64,000 nt of DNA from Octopus sinensis (GCF_006345805.1 NC_043000.1:149978001-150042000); one strand, 5' to 3'. Shown: positions 12,530 to 25,728, counted from the first letter of the stretch. Notes: a model not told the origin generated them from the letters alone. Translations and numbers: made by a program.

Positions 12530-13192
12530 TATATCATCAGCGTGACCTAGGCATCACTGTCAGCAGTGATTTGCGTTGGTCAAAGCATATCTCTAAGATT
12601 GTCAGGAAGGCCGAGGGTGTCTTGGCATCACTCAGCAGGTCTTTTGTTAGCTGCTCTCCAGCCATCTATTTAAAACTGTATACAGCTATGGTACGACCAC
12701 ACTTGGAATTCGCATCATCAGTTTGGAACCCCTATCTTGCACAGAACATTGACCTCCTGGAATCTGTCCAGAGACGTGCAACCAAACGCATACCCTCCAT
12801 CAGACACCTACCATATTCTGAGCGCCTTGTTTCCCTGGGCATGGATTCACTGAAGCTCCAGCGTTTGGCGACGGACTTGGTAAACACCCACAAAGTTATC
12901 AACCACCTCACCAACAACAACACTGAACACCTTTTTGATCTCCATGTGTCTAACACACGTGGACATGCCTACAAAGCTCCCATGACTTTCGGAAACATTT
13001 TTTCACGCTCAGAGTTGCTGAAGCATGGAACAAACTGCCTGCGTCAGTTGTTGACTGCCATGACACTGCATCCTTTAAGGCCCTCATGCTTTCCGAAATC
13101 CGCCGAAACTACACCTGATTATATATACACTTTAGATGAGTTGTAGTGCACCTGAGCACTGTACACTATGTTTTATTATTATTATTATTATC
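12530..13192 (+). mobile_element. CR1-clade LINE 3' end (RT C-terminus plus 3'UTR, (ATT)n tail)
   Basis: RDLGITVSSDLRWSKHI, LYTAMVRPHLEFASSVWNPY, LESVQRRATKRIP, LPYSERL and NTRGH are canonical CR1 motifs. Confidence 0.9.
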
Positions 13193-13830
13193 ATCGTTAA
13201 ATGTCTGCTTTGCAAGTTGGCATAGGTTAGATGATTTGACAGAGGCTGGCTAGGCAGAGGGCTGCACCGAGCCTCACTGTCTGTTTCGGCAGGGACTGAA
13301 TGTTTTTTATGTGTTACCAGCACTGGAAAGGCCTGTTTTGGCATGGTTTCTACAGCTGGATGTCCCTCTGAACACCAACCACTTTACGGTGTGGACTGCA
13401 TGCCCCAGCTTTGGCAGGGTCACCAAGTAAGTTGCAAAAGAAAGATCTTCATCAAGAATTCAATGATAACCCATTGTTTTGCTATGAAGGAAAAATTATT
13501 CTAGCAACATGTGTGCAATTTGACTGACCTGTGACAATTAATGAAAAAGTTGTTCGTTATTACCCACTTTTACATTACTTTTGTTACAACCCTTGCATAT
13601 GTGCATGTATATATATATTTGTGTGTTTGTGCGTGAAGTGCTGGATTATCAACAATATGGTGAGGATTTCAAATATTGTTTTCAAATTTTGGTACAACGC
13701 TAGCAATTTTGGGAAAGTGAGAAAATCAACTACATCAATCCCAGTATTCAACTGGTACTTATTTTATTGACCCTGAAATGATGAAAGTAAAAGTCAACCT
13801 CAACAGAATTTGAACTCTGAACGTAAAGAT

Positions 13831-14232
13831 GACGCAGGAGTGGCTGTGTGGTAAGTAGCTCGTTTACCAACCACATGGTTCCGGGTTCAGTCCCACTGCG
13901 TGGCACCTTGGGCAAGTGTCTTCTACTATAGCCTCGGGCTGACCAAAGCCTTGTGAGTGGATTTGGTAGACGGAAACTGAAAGAAGCCCGTCGTATATAT
14001 GTATATATATATATATATGTATGTTTGTGTGTCTGTGTTTGTCTCCCCAACATTGCTTGACAACTGATGGTGGTGTACTTACGTCCCTGTAACTAAGCGG
14101 TTCGGCAAAAGAGACTGATAGAATAAGTACTAGGCTTACAAAGAATAAGTCCTGGGGTTAATTAGCTCGACAAAAGGCGGTGCTTCAGTATGGCACAGTC
14201 AAATGACCGAGTCAAGTAAAAGTGTAAAAGAA
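13831..14232 (+). mobile_element. tRNA-derived CORE-like SINE family B, full length
   Basis: Head gcaggagtggctgtgtggtaag...gggttcagtccc; CORE-like ccttgggcaagtgtcttct; internal (TA/TG)n; tail (aaaagagt)n-like. Other copies at 34040-34410(-), 36270-36625(-), 38530-38910(-), 39836-40232(+), 48820-49228(-) and 54520-54925(+). Confidence 0.9.
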
Positions 14233-14337
14233 TACTAGCATTGGAAAATGGATGCAGCAGACTCAATCAAATCGTGTGTCTGTGTGTGAACAGATACATG
14301 CCTTGAGAATGAATTTGGTAGATGTAAACTAAAAAAT

Positions 14338-14662
14338 CATCATCATCGTTTAATGTCCGTTTTCCGCGCTAGCACAAGTTGGACGGTTCGACAGGGTCCG
14401 GGAAGCTAGGGGCTGCACCAGGCTCCAGTCTGATCTGGCAGTGTTTCTACAGCTGGATGCCCTTCCTAACGCCAACCACTCCGCGAGTGTAGTGGGTGCT
14501 TTTTACGTGCCAAGGGAGTCTGGCATCGGCCACGATCGGTTGGTGCTTTTAACGTGCCACCGGCACGGAAGCCAGTCAAGGCGGCGCTGGCATTGTCCAC
14601 GTTCGGATGGTGCTTTTTATGTGTCACTGGCACAGAAGCCAGTCGAGGCGGCGCTGGCATCT
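14338..14662 (-). mobile_element. Family D copy
   Basis: atcatcgtttaatgtccgttttcc...ggatgcccttcctaacgccaacc. Confidence 0.85.
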
Positions 14663-15738
14663 TAAAATGTATCTCAAAAATATATATACATTAAAGTATA
14701 TATATATCTTTGTCTGTTTACATTTGTATGTCTCTGAAAACTGCTGAGCTCAAATGGTGATATTGGTATCATTTTCCCTGGTAATAAATTGTGTACTGTC
14801 TCTGTACCTTTGAAGACATGAGGAATAAGAAATCGCTGCACTTGCAAAACAGGTACAGATTAGCAACAGCAATGGCATCCAGCTGTAAAATAATGCTGCA
14901 GTTATGATAATTTCCATATTTGTCTGGAAAAACAGACATAAAAGAAAACAAATATATATATATATATATATATATAATGTGGTCAGTAGCAATAGCTGCA
15001 GTACCACCAATGACATAAGGATGCATGAACAAAAATATGTTGGAACAATGAAAAACCTTGTCAGTTGACAGCTAAATAGCCACAGGTCCTCTTTTAGGAA
15101 CCCAGAGAGATGCAACATTACATCCTTGGCCAACTACACATGGTGTTTAAAAGCAGAGGATGTGCCATAAAGAATTAAATGGAAGCTCCTGGACTATATC
15201 TCAATGGGGCTAGATGATGCAAACTTTGCATGACTGAGAGGGTAAGGATCTTAATGAATTTGCTTGACCCAGGGGCTTTCTTAAATTCTGAAACTGAAAT
15301 GTTTAGTCAGTGCCCTCATGAGAGAAAATTCATGTTGGTAACATGGAATTCCCTTTGCTGACTAGTGAAAGGAAACTGCATAGACTGACCCTTTTAGGAC
15401 AAAACTGGAACCGGTTACAAAAAGATAACGCCATCTCAATCAGAAAGGATTTCGCTTTGTAAAATTTCATTTCAGAATTTGTTTTTTTCAAAACCTTGGC
15501 TGACCAAGACTGTATTCCTATCTCCTTTTTCTAGAGAAGTTATGTGCCTTCAGCCAGCAAGTCTTGGGTGTCGCCTATATTGCGAAGAGCAAAATCAGTT
15601 GCAACTTCCTGACATAAGTCAATGACCACATTACATATTACTACTCAAAAGATTTTAGCATGTACTTTTTGTTTTGGTGGGGGTGCTTATGAACAACTGA
15701 CTGATATATAATCAATACATATAAAGAGAGAGAGGTGC

Positions 15739-15770
<32 letters not shown>

Positions 15771-16735
15771 AAGCAATACAAACAACAGATTATATATGTG
15801 TAACTTCAAGCTTTATGTCTTAAAAAATATACATCAGGTCCATTGTTTACTCAACAAAAGTTTACAAAGTTTTCTTAGTAAACAATGAGTTTGATGGATG
15901 TTTATATTATTTGCATGCATTTATGTATGTATGTATGTACGTACATACGTATGTATGACAGATTTATGTATGTGATCTGGTCTATTATCAATAAGCAAAT
16001 AAATCAATCAAGTCTTTACCTGGATTGAGTTTTTAATATCAATATTGACAAGAGTTATATCATTTGGATCTATAACTCCAACAAAAAAAAAAAAATGGGA
16101 GAAAAAAGTAGATTTGTAAAATAGACTGGGAGGCAATTGAAGTTAAACTGTGAGAAGTGAAATGGTTCAATATTTTTCTATCATTTTAACTAGAAAAGAA
16201 AAATCATATTTCTATATTCAGAAATACTGAAAGTGTATTGATGTTTTGTCTTTCTTAAACAACCCAAATCATTATTTCTAGCAACAGATGAATCCCTTGA
16301 TGGAATGATTGACCTGAAATGGAAAAAAATAAAAAGTATTGAAGTTGCACATAAATATTCTTATAAAAATATAATAACAATCCCCCCCCCACACACACAC
16401 ACACAAAACTATAGAGAAACTTTAAATCCAAATATATCTCCCTATGCATGCAATTCAAACAATGAATTTTTTAAAAATTGGACCAGTTCTATCAGTATCA
16501 GGATCATTCATGTAGTAATAATCTTTCTTGGGTGCACTCCCTACACAAACATTTATATGAAATTGGCTTAAATGCAATGAAAGGGAAAAGGAGTCAAGCA
16601 TCTTGAAGTATTTTTCAGTAAAGGAATTATTCTCACATTAACTTAACCTAAAGTGTATGAATATATATATATATATACCAGAGTAAACTCAAAGTAACAG
16701 GTTTTGTTGAATTTTCTGCTGCTTTAAATAAAGTG

Positions 16736-16771
<36 letters not shown>

Positions 16772-16775
16772 ACAA

Positions 16776-17206
16776 GATAAGAAAATGGAGAAATTTGTAG
16801 TATAATTAACTTGTAGATCTGGGAACACTGCATCTCTGAGATCAGAAGGCGTTTTAACAATGGTACAAATGGAATTGATGGCAATATTACCATTTCCATC
16901 CCCTGGTATTTTGCCTTCGCCAAGTGCAAGGAGGGTGTGAGAAAATGCTGCTGATGTGATATTACGTTGCATATGAGCACGCATATTGGTGTGAAGTTTG
17001 AGAGTCTTCACCAGTGGCCACAATGTGGATGACTTAAGACACGCACTTACTGCATCAGTTCTAGTACCTTTGGGAATAACGGGAAGTGTTTGTCGGAAGT
17101 CCCCTGAAAGAAGAAGTGTTATGCCTCCCATGGGAGCTGAAGAGTGTTTGATATCTCTGAGAGATCTATCTAGTGCCTCAAGAGCACCTCTGTGGGCCAT
17201 CGTGCA

Positions 17207-17207
<1 letters not shown>
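16776..17207 (-). mobile_element. Helitron RepHel Pif1-like helicase fragment
   Basis: MAHRGALEALDRSLRDI, GGITLLLSGDFRQTLPVIPKG, LKLHTNMR and LLALGEGK are Pif1/Helitron SF1B helicase motifs. Confidence 0.9.
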
Positions 17208-17237
<30 letters not shown>

Positions 17238-17238
<1 letters not shown>

Positions 17239-17573
17239 GTGAAGGCGCATGGCTCAGTGGTTAGAGCGTCGAGCTTACGATTGTGAGGTTGTGAGCTCGA
17301 ATCCCGGACTGGGCTGCGTGTTGTGTTCTTGAGCAAGGCACTTTATTTCACGTTGCTCCAGTTCACTCAGCTGTAAAAATGAGTTGCGACGTCGCTGGTG
17401 CCAAGCTGTATCGACCTTTGTCTTTCCCTTGGATAACACTGGTGGCGTGGAGAAGGGAGGCTGGTATGCATGGGCGACTGCTGGTCTTCCATAAACAACC
17501 TTGCCCGGACTTGTGTCTAGGAGGGTAACTTTCTAGGTGCAATCCCATGGTCATTCATGACCGAAGGGGGTCT

Positions 17574-17575
<2 letters not shown>
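17238..17575 (+). mobile_element. tRNA-derived CORE-like SINE family C
   Basis: A box tggctcagtggtt, B box gagctcgaatcc, CORE-like ttcttgagcaaggcactt...ttgctccagttcactcagctgt. Other copies at 52466-52770(+), with tail variants at 31270-31505(+), 22305-22560(-) and 24780-24925(-). Confidence 0.9.
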
Positions 17576-17607
<32 letters not shown>

Positions 17608-18267
17608 TGTAGGTGGGGTTCTTTTCATCTTCATTGTCATGGTAATCCTCATTAGCATGTATTACATTAAGCAGGCAACGTGTATTGAATTTGAATAGTG
17701 ACCGTACCCAAATTTTTCAGAATAAGAATATAATCATTTAAACCATAACCCAACCACCCACCTTGTTTTTCTACCCCCATGTCCACTTTGGCACCTCATT
17801 ACCACTGTCTTTATCTCACTTTCCTGCTCCACACTGATTACTTTCATTATCTCATGTATAATGTGAGCAACCTCCTCTACAACAGGAAATCTGTTCCCGC
17901 TCTTTTTCATACTCTAACCTTTCCTCAGCTAGCATAAAGCTGCCTCACTCCCTAGTGTATCCCCATCTAGTCAAAGGAGATCTTACCTTTGTGAGCTACC
18001 TGGTGATCTTGCTAGTGCTGGTACACTCTGTAAAGTGGTTAGCATTAGGAAGAGCATCTGGGCATAGAAACCGTGCCAAATTAGACACTGGTGCATGATG
18101 TAGTCTTCTAACTCATCAGGTCCTGTCAAACCACCCAATTCACACCAGTATAGAAGATAGACATCATGATAATGATAATGATGATGCTATATCTGTGGTG
18201 AGTGTAAGTGTGTGTGTTTAGCATGGGAAGCAGACATTAAACGATGATGATTATATATATATATATA

Positions 18268-18321
18268 TAATACTACAAAATTAGAAAATGGAGAACTCCA
18301 TTTTCTAATTTTGTAGTATTA
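18268..18321. repeat. Perfect 26-bp inverted repeat with a 2-nt loop
   Basis: taatactacaaaattagaaaatggag-aa-ctccattttctaattttgtagtatta. Confidence 0.9.
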
Positions 18322-18489
18322 ATTTACGGTAATATTTTTACCTTTGCCCATATAATACAGTAGATGGACTAATTGCTTGGCAATTTTTAACATTTATGTA
18401 TTAGTCTTGTTGGGTACTTCTCTAGCAGTATATTGGATATATATTATCCCATGGTGGGTTGAATTTTCAACCCCTATCTCATTTTATAA

Positions 18490-18530
<41 letters not shown>

Positions 18531-19567
18531 CATCATCATTGAGTGTCTGTTGTCCATGCTGACATTGATTGAATGGCTTGACCAGAGCTGAGGAGTTGCA
18601 CCAGACTCCAGTTTGATTTAGCAAGGTTTCAACTTTATTTGTGGGTTAACAAGGCTACCATTGGTTTCATGCAGAGAATTCTCAGCAATTATCTGGCCTG
18701 TTACATGAGACATCGGTACTCATCTCCATATATGTATTTGTATGTATGTATTCATATATATCTACATACATACAAAATGTACAGTATTATATACCTATTA
18801 CAGCTGACCTTAACAAATGGTTTTGCACTGGGTATTAAACTAGGTGTTAGATAACAGTATGGTTACAAAATACTACTTGCTCATCACAGCTAGCAGGTTT
18901 GGAAAAAAAAAATGTCAACTACTCTCCATTCACAGTGCCCACAAACCACTTCCAGTTTGTGAGCATTTTCACAGTGCCCACAATCCTTGTCCAGTTTGTG
19001 GGAAAAGGTGTAACAAACTGTACAAGTGTTATGACCTAGGGGCCAAGGGACATAACTCTTGATACAACCCAGTCCATTTCATCTTTTTTTTTTCACAGCA
19101 CCCATAAACTGGATGCAGTTTTTTTTTACCTCTGGTTATGGGAGCAGTTGCTATGTATTTTTCATAACTGATAGCTCTGACAGGAACACAGTTTTACATA
19201 ACCGTTCTGTTATCTAACATCTAATTTAATACCTAGGGCAAAGCCAATTAGTAAGACTAACCGTAATGGATATATAATACAGTACCTTTGATTAAGATAT
19301 CCACTCTATTGACAAATATATGAGTATATATATTTTTTTTTTATTTATGGTTTCTTAGACATCTATTCATATCCTTAAATCCTTAAAAATGTTTTAGCCC
19401 GAAGGCTGCGGCCATATCATCATTTAATGTCTATTTTTCATATTTGCATGTGTTAGAAAAGAATGCATAACCAGAAACCCTTTCTGACACCTACTCCCAG
19501 TTTTTTCCCAAGCAAGATAATAATTTTCCTGTCTATCAAACAAAAGCCCAGTCATATTTACTCAGAG

Positions 19568-19786
19568 CAGTGGTTTTCAACCAGAGTTCCTCGGAACCTT
19601 AGGGTTCCGCCAGTACAGTCCAGGGGTTCTGCAAGAAGTTACAAAACTGCTAAAATCAGCAGTAATTTTTAATTCTCCTGTGCAGATATGTGTGCATAAG
19701 ACTATTAAATTATTGCACAGGGGTTCCTCGAGACAGTGGAACATTTCCTTGGGGTTCCGCTCCAGCAAAACGTTTGAAAAGCACTG
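19568..19786. mobile_element. hAT (Charlie-like) MITE
   Basis: TIRs cagtggttttcaa / tttgaaaagcactg; 8-bp TSD actcagag (19560-19567) and actcagaa (19787-19794). Confidence 0.85.
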
Positions 19787-20856
19787 ACTCAGAAAACTGA
19801 AAACAAACAACACCACAGAAATGACCCTTTTTTGCTTATATAGATCATGCAACATGTCAAAATATATCAAGATGCTGGGACATGCTTACATGGTGGACTG
19901 AAATTAATAGGCAATGGAATTTAAAAAGCAAAGGAGCTAAATATAATGTAACTCAGAACAGCAAAACAAAAAACTGGAAATAATGTAAACCTATTTGTCA
20001 GCACTTAAAGTTCCAAGAGTGTCAAACATATTTACTTCTATCGAACCAAACTATCCAATCCATCTCTGAAGCATGAAAATAAAGGATTTTATTCTCAAAA
20101 GCCCAATTGAAGACAGCTAGAGTCAAATAAAAAAGTACCTCACAAAACAGCTCACAAGAGCAAAATTCATTGCAGAAAATAACACAATTTTCTGCAAAAA
20201 TTCATAGCGATAGCAGATGTGTAATATGCAATAGTGAAAATTACAACTACAGTACTTAGAAACTAACTCCAGCATGAAAAATCTTTTAAATGTATGATCC
20301 TTCAAGGTAAATGTGGATTTGAAATACAGAACAAGAAACTTTAATTTTAAATAAATTGCCCACTTGTTAAGAATATGAAATCAGCCACACCAGAAGCTCC
20401 CTATGTAAAACGAGAATACATAAGCAACAATTACACTATTTAGGATCTAGGAAAACTTATCTCAGCAAAAATTTACAGATTTGCTGGAATAGCAAATACA
20501 TTTTATTTTTAATCAATACTTAAGAGGCAATCCAATATGTCATTTAGAAACAGAGACATTGTATAAAATAGTTTTCTCTGAACTTAAATAAACAATAACA
20601 GCAAAAAGAGAAAAATTTCTGTAGCTTGAAAGATCCTCATAGGAAAGGATGAAAATGCTAAACTTATATATTTCCTTTTGATTTTCTGTATTTTTCTCTA
20701 ATTTTTCTTTTCTTTTTTTATGAAAATTTGAGAAAACGTGATTTCATTTTCAGTTTTTTTCTCTAACTTATTTCTTTTCTCTTTCTTTATTTTATTACTC
20801 TTTTAATAATTCAATGCACATTCTAGAACTTGACATTTCGTTCCTATGTATATATG

Positions 20857-21765
20857 TACTAGATGATATCAAAAGGTTCCCAGACTAGTTATGTTTAACA
20901 AAAAATATTTACCTAAGTTTTAATATCATCTCCTTCAAAATAGTCACCTTCCACAGCAATTCACCACTCCCAGCATTCCTGCCACTTATGGAATCCAGCT
21001 AGGAAGTTGTTTTCTGTACATGAGTTAATGACCTTCTGCGATTCACTCTTGATCTCAACAACAGTGTTATAATGGTGATCTTTGAGCTGCATTTTCATCT
21101 CGGGGAAAGTGATGGAAACCTACAGACACTAAATCTGGCAAATAGGGCAGGTGCAGAAGTGATGTTTTTGGCAAAAAACTCACAAGTGAGGAGATCTCAG
21201 TGAAAAGTCCAATTTTTTGCACTCCACAGATTCAGTTGCTTTCGCCAAAGGTCCTCCCTCAAACACTTCAAAACGTTACAGTAGAACAAATTCATTCCCC
21301 GGGGCCAGAGCATCAATCAATGCTCTGGCACTGGGGAATGAATTCTTGGTGCACAATACCACATTTCCAGGGGTGACACTTGTGGCAGATTTTCTAGATC
21401 ACTCATCATCTTCCAAGGACATTTTTTCTGCTTTTGAAGTGCCCGTGCTACTGAAAACATTGTGTATGACCATTGCCTCATTGCCATCAGCTTGCTGAAA
21501 CATATTCAATGTCTTTGTTACCAATTTCTCAAGTTTATCACAAAATTTCATGCTGACTCTTTGTCCTTGTCCATGGCAAAATTGCAGACTACAGCATAAT
21601 CACAAAAACACAAATTTCACAGCTTGCAAAGTAAACACAATGATGTCACTCAGCACACTGCCTCATGAAGGTCACTACTAGCTGTCAATGCACACACAAC
21701 CATATGCTGCCATTTGTTGGTGTGTTACAGGACTAGTCCGGGTACTTTTTGATACCACCTCTTAT
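20857..21765 (-). mobile_element. Internally deleted mariner element with both TIRs
   Basis: TIRs gatatcaaaaggttcccagactag / ctagtccgggtactttttgatacc with TA flanks; the internal minus-strand sequence (SLEDDE.SRKSATSVTPGNV) matches 26317-26790. Confidence 0.8.
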
Positions 21766-22797
21766 ATATGTGTATCTTTGTGTATGTGTGTGTGTCTGTC
21801 TGGCTGTCTGTCTAAGTGTATATGTATCTATATTGTGTGTAGAAGGCAGGGTTGTGTTTGGATATTTATATATCACTGGTCAGAGTTGATGTGCACCTGC
21901 ATGCATGTGCACACCCAAACATATACAATAGGCACATGCAGTCATGCATGAAAATCTTTCACTGCACCCAAAATCCCCAAAATCCATTAATACAAAATTT
22001 TTTAACTTAGAATTTGGTTCAGAACAAGTTTTCATTTGCTATATGACCTTGATGACCTGTCAGTGACAAACTACATTTCAACCAACTGTAGAAAAGTTTC
22101 ACTTTCCAAAACTATACAACAACAAAAAGAAATAAACCAAGATAAAAGATTAAAGTAGTTTTCCGTTTATATTTCCTTAGGAATATTCAGACATATCTAT
22201 AAATAAATAGCTTTAAAAAATATCTCCCTTACTGTTATGTAATTCATATTCTTTTCTTCTTTTATTCTTGGAAGTGTTTCCGCTTGGTATAACAAAAAGG
22301 ATGAAAGGTCCTTTCTGAATCATAGGCTCATAAGGCTGGCTACATGGATTTTGAGGTGTATTTATGTATATATTCCTCCTCTCCCAACACAATGGACAGG
22401 ATGTCAGTCCATCACAGGATAATCATTTTTGCCAGCTGCGTGGACTGGAGTGACATGAATTGAAGTGTTTTGCCCAAGAACACAACACATTGCCCAATCC
22501 AGCAATCAAAGCCACAATCTTACAAACCATGGGTGCAACATCCTAACCACTAAGCAACACTTATATATATATATGAGAGAAAAAGAGAGAGACAAACAGA
22601 CGGACAGACAGATATTTATATGTACATATATATAAATATATATCTATATATGCGTATGTGTGTGTTGCGTGTGTGTAAATATATATATTATGTATGTATG
22701 TATGTGTGTATATATATATATTCCATATATGTATACACACATATATATTAAAACTGAAACTGAGAGTTTGTTTCATGACTCAAGTTTCATGCCAGTG

Positions 22798-22847
<50 letters not shown>

Positions 22848-23243
22848 GTATAATGTTAATATAGACAAAATGAAGCTGGATGTGAGAACCCAGAGGGAAT
22901 CAAATCCACAAGTTTATTGACACCTCAGTGCAATCACTGGCTATACATCAGTCCTCTGAGAATATGTGCATGTTTAGCATTTATAACTGCTGTCTGAAAA
23001 ACGCTTTTTAATCTTTAACTTATAGGTGTGTGTGTGTGTGTGTTTGGTCTTTTCTCTTTTTCTTTTTGTTGTTAGGCTGAGATTGAGCTCCAGTTGTGTC
23101 TTTTTGCCGATTTTTTAATGATTAAAAGTAATAACTTTCATCTAATATAGTCAGCTTTATAGCCTAATCCATAAGTTGTTTCGTTTTTGTAGATTTTATT
23201 TCATTTTAGTAATAAGTAAGCCAGGATTTAACAGAACGTTTAC

Positions 23244-23446
23244 ATATTTTGTTGCGCAGATGTATAAATGTCGAAGTGAATAAAAAGTGAAGGCCCAGTA
23301 GGTATCAAACCCACATCACCTCTGTTGATATGGATGCCAAAAATGAAATTACCACTATAGGATAACACAAACATATTTTTGTCTTCAGCTATTTCAATTC
23401 CAGGTGGGGTTCTCATCATAACTGAAGTCTCAAGCTGGTCCATCAT
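23244..23446 (-). CDS. Candidate coding exon of unknown product (MMDQLETSVMMRTPPGIEIAEDKNMFVLSYSGNFIFG...)
   Basis: The only open frame over about 200 bp of unique sequence, with protein-like composition and a possible donor AAATAT|gtaaac. No homologue recognised. Confidence 0.25.
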
Positions 23447-24377
23447 TGGCTAGCTGCATGTATCAGAATCTTAAGATACATATTTTATTAATTGTCAGAT
23501 AAAAGCAGTAATATATTGAAATAAACAAATTCTTCATTTTCTGTTGAATAATTTCTCTTCTACATCCTGCTGATAAGATTTCAAAAAAACAACCAGGAAT
23601 ATCCACAGTATCAGTTGCTCCTGCTCACAGTCTTCTTTCTTCAGGCTTGATGCCTTCCTAATTTAGTGGGTGGGAGCAGCAGTCCAGAGATTGAGGATGT
23701 TAGTGCTCTCAACAGCATTCTGCATGAAAAGAAATGTTTGTTAGTGCATCATATTTAATCACCATCTACTCCTCGGTGTATTAGATGGCAGCTCTTTAGT
23801 TTTTAAATCCAAAGTCGAATGGTTGTCACTGGAAACTGTGCAACTATGATAGGGTGTCCAGGTGAGCGACTCTTCTCACTTTCAGATGGAAAATGGGTCA
23901 TCACACATGGATACTTATCATCACTATGATGAAGGGCAATGGGCTCTGATGGTGACAGAAAATCAACAGCATTGAGACACTTTTTAATAACATTATTCAG
24001 TGAGGAAAAAACCTGAGACTGCGATGAGAAGAGAGTGGTTTTAGTCCAAACTTGTTGACAGTAATTTTACGATGGTATTTATGTAGTTTGGACATGCAGT
24101 GATCAAGGTGCAGGACAATACTAATGCATATACACTCATTGTTGAGAAGGAGATCATTTGACAAAGGGAATCCTGAGTTGAACCACATGCTGCTGTTTGG
24201 TTGTGAGGCCAGTAAAACAGTACCATTAAGGAATGACTAGAGCCTCTTCTTGATGGATCTACATTAGATGTTTCAGTAGTTTTGATTAGCTGCAGATTGG
24301 AGAACAGTGAAGCCAGACTGTCTATATCTTCCCAAGCTATGAGGAACATGTCCTAAAGCAAAAGAAAAGGGTTTTAA

Positions 24378-24598
24378 CCCTTTATCACTAAGATTGCTCT
24401 GTTACATGTAATGCTTATTTATTTACATTGTTTTGAATAATTATGCTTATTTCATAAAGTCAAGATTTCAAAGTTGCGACTGTTTATTTTTGGAAATGAC
24501 ATTGTAGGGTAGATGTGAGAGGCCATATCTGGTTGGTGTGAATGTAAAACAGGTAGAATATTTAGGCCAGACATGGCTGGTTTAAATATTCTAAAGGG
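24378..24598. mobile_element. piggyBac-type MITE family P1
   Basis: TTAA|CCCTTTA...TAAAGGG|TTAA; related copies at 31005-31224 and 35999-36218. Confidence 0.85.
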
Positions 24599-24957
24599 TT
24601 AAGGGACCTATAGGTAAAAAGTCTACAATTACAGATAACATATTCATTATGTGACCTGGCACTCTGTCTGTTACAATCATTAGTATTCCAGTTGATTTAA
24701 TCAATTAAGCAACCTGCCCATATAAAAAAAAAACACACACACATACTCTTAATACAGGTCTCAGGGAGACTTGGATTACATATACTAGTCACTTTTGTCA
24801 GCTGAGTAGACTGGAGCAACACGAAATTAAGTGTCTTGCTCAAAGACATAATGCATCGACGGGAATCAAACTTATGATCTTACAAGCATAAGCCAAATAC
24901 CCTAACCACTAAGTTATGCACCTTCATGTTCTTGATGTAATGTAGAAGAAAAATACC

Positions 24958-25191
24958 TATTTCTTTATTACCCACAAAGGGCTAAACATAGAGGGGACAA
25001 ACAAGGACAGACATAGGTATTAAGTCGATTACATCGACCCCAGTGCGTAACTGGTACTTAATTTATCGACCCCGAAAGGATGAAAGGCAAAGTTGACCTC
25101 GGCAGAATTTGAACTCAGAACGTAGCGACGGACCAAATACCACAAAGCATTTCGCCCGGCGTGCTAACGTTTCTGCCAGCTCGCCGCCTTA
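24958..25191 (-). mobile_element. Full-length SINE family A with a 15-bp TSD
   Basis: tagaagaaaaatacc at 24943-24957 and 25192-25206. Confidence 0.92.
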
Positions 25192-25699
25192 TAGAAGAAA
25201 AATACCAAAGAGATGCTGGGTATGCTAAATGACGACACATATAATGAAGTATGTTAATAAGATATAAACAGTAACTCTAGATGTATGAAACTGAGTAGGT
25301 TTCATCAGATGTTTAATCTGAACCTGAAAAATTGAGTACGAGGAAGTTGAGAAGGCAGTTGCATATCAGAAAAATTGATTAGGGTATGTAAAAGATGTGA
25401 CTCTTCTGATTTAGTAATGTAATATATATATATGCATGATGAGACGTTGGGTGAAAATTGTGGTGTATATTTAAAGCAAAGAGTAGCATGGCTGGGGCAA
25501 ATGAATAGTAAGCAAAAAGAAATTCAGTGTGTAATTCAGTAAGATACTAAGGTTGTTGGATCTAATAGATTAAGTGACACAGGATAGGAATGATTGTAGA
25601 TATGTGCAAACCCATTTAATCTATACTGATGTGGATATTAGATAACTGCTTAAAGATGATGATGATTACGATAATGATGTTTATGATGGTAATAATAAA

Positions 25700-25728
25700 T
25701 AAATAAATATATATATATATAAATAAAT

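Noticed and set aside
17238-17310. tRNA-like sequences with A and B boxes (also at about 7325-7400 and in all SINE heads)
   Set aside because: They lack a complete cloverleaf and acceptor stem and continue into SINE bodies, so they are not tRNA genes.
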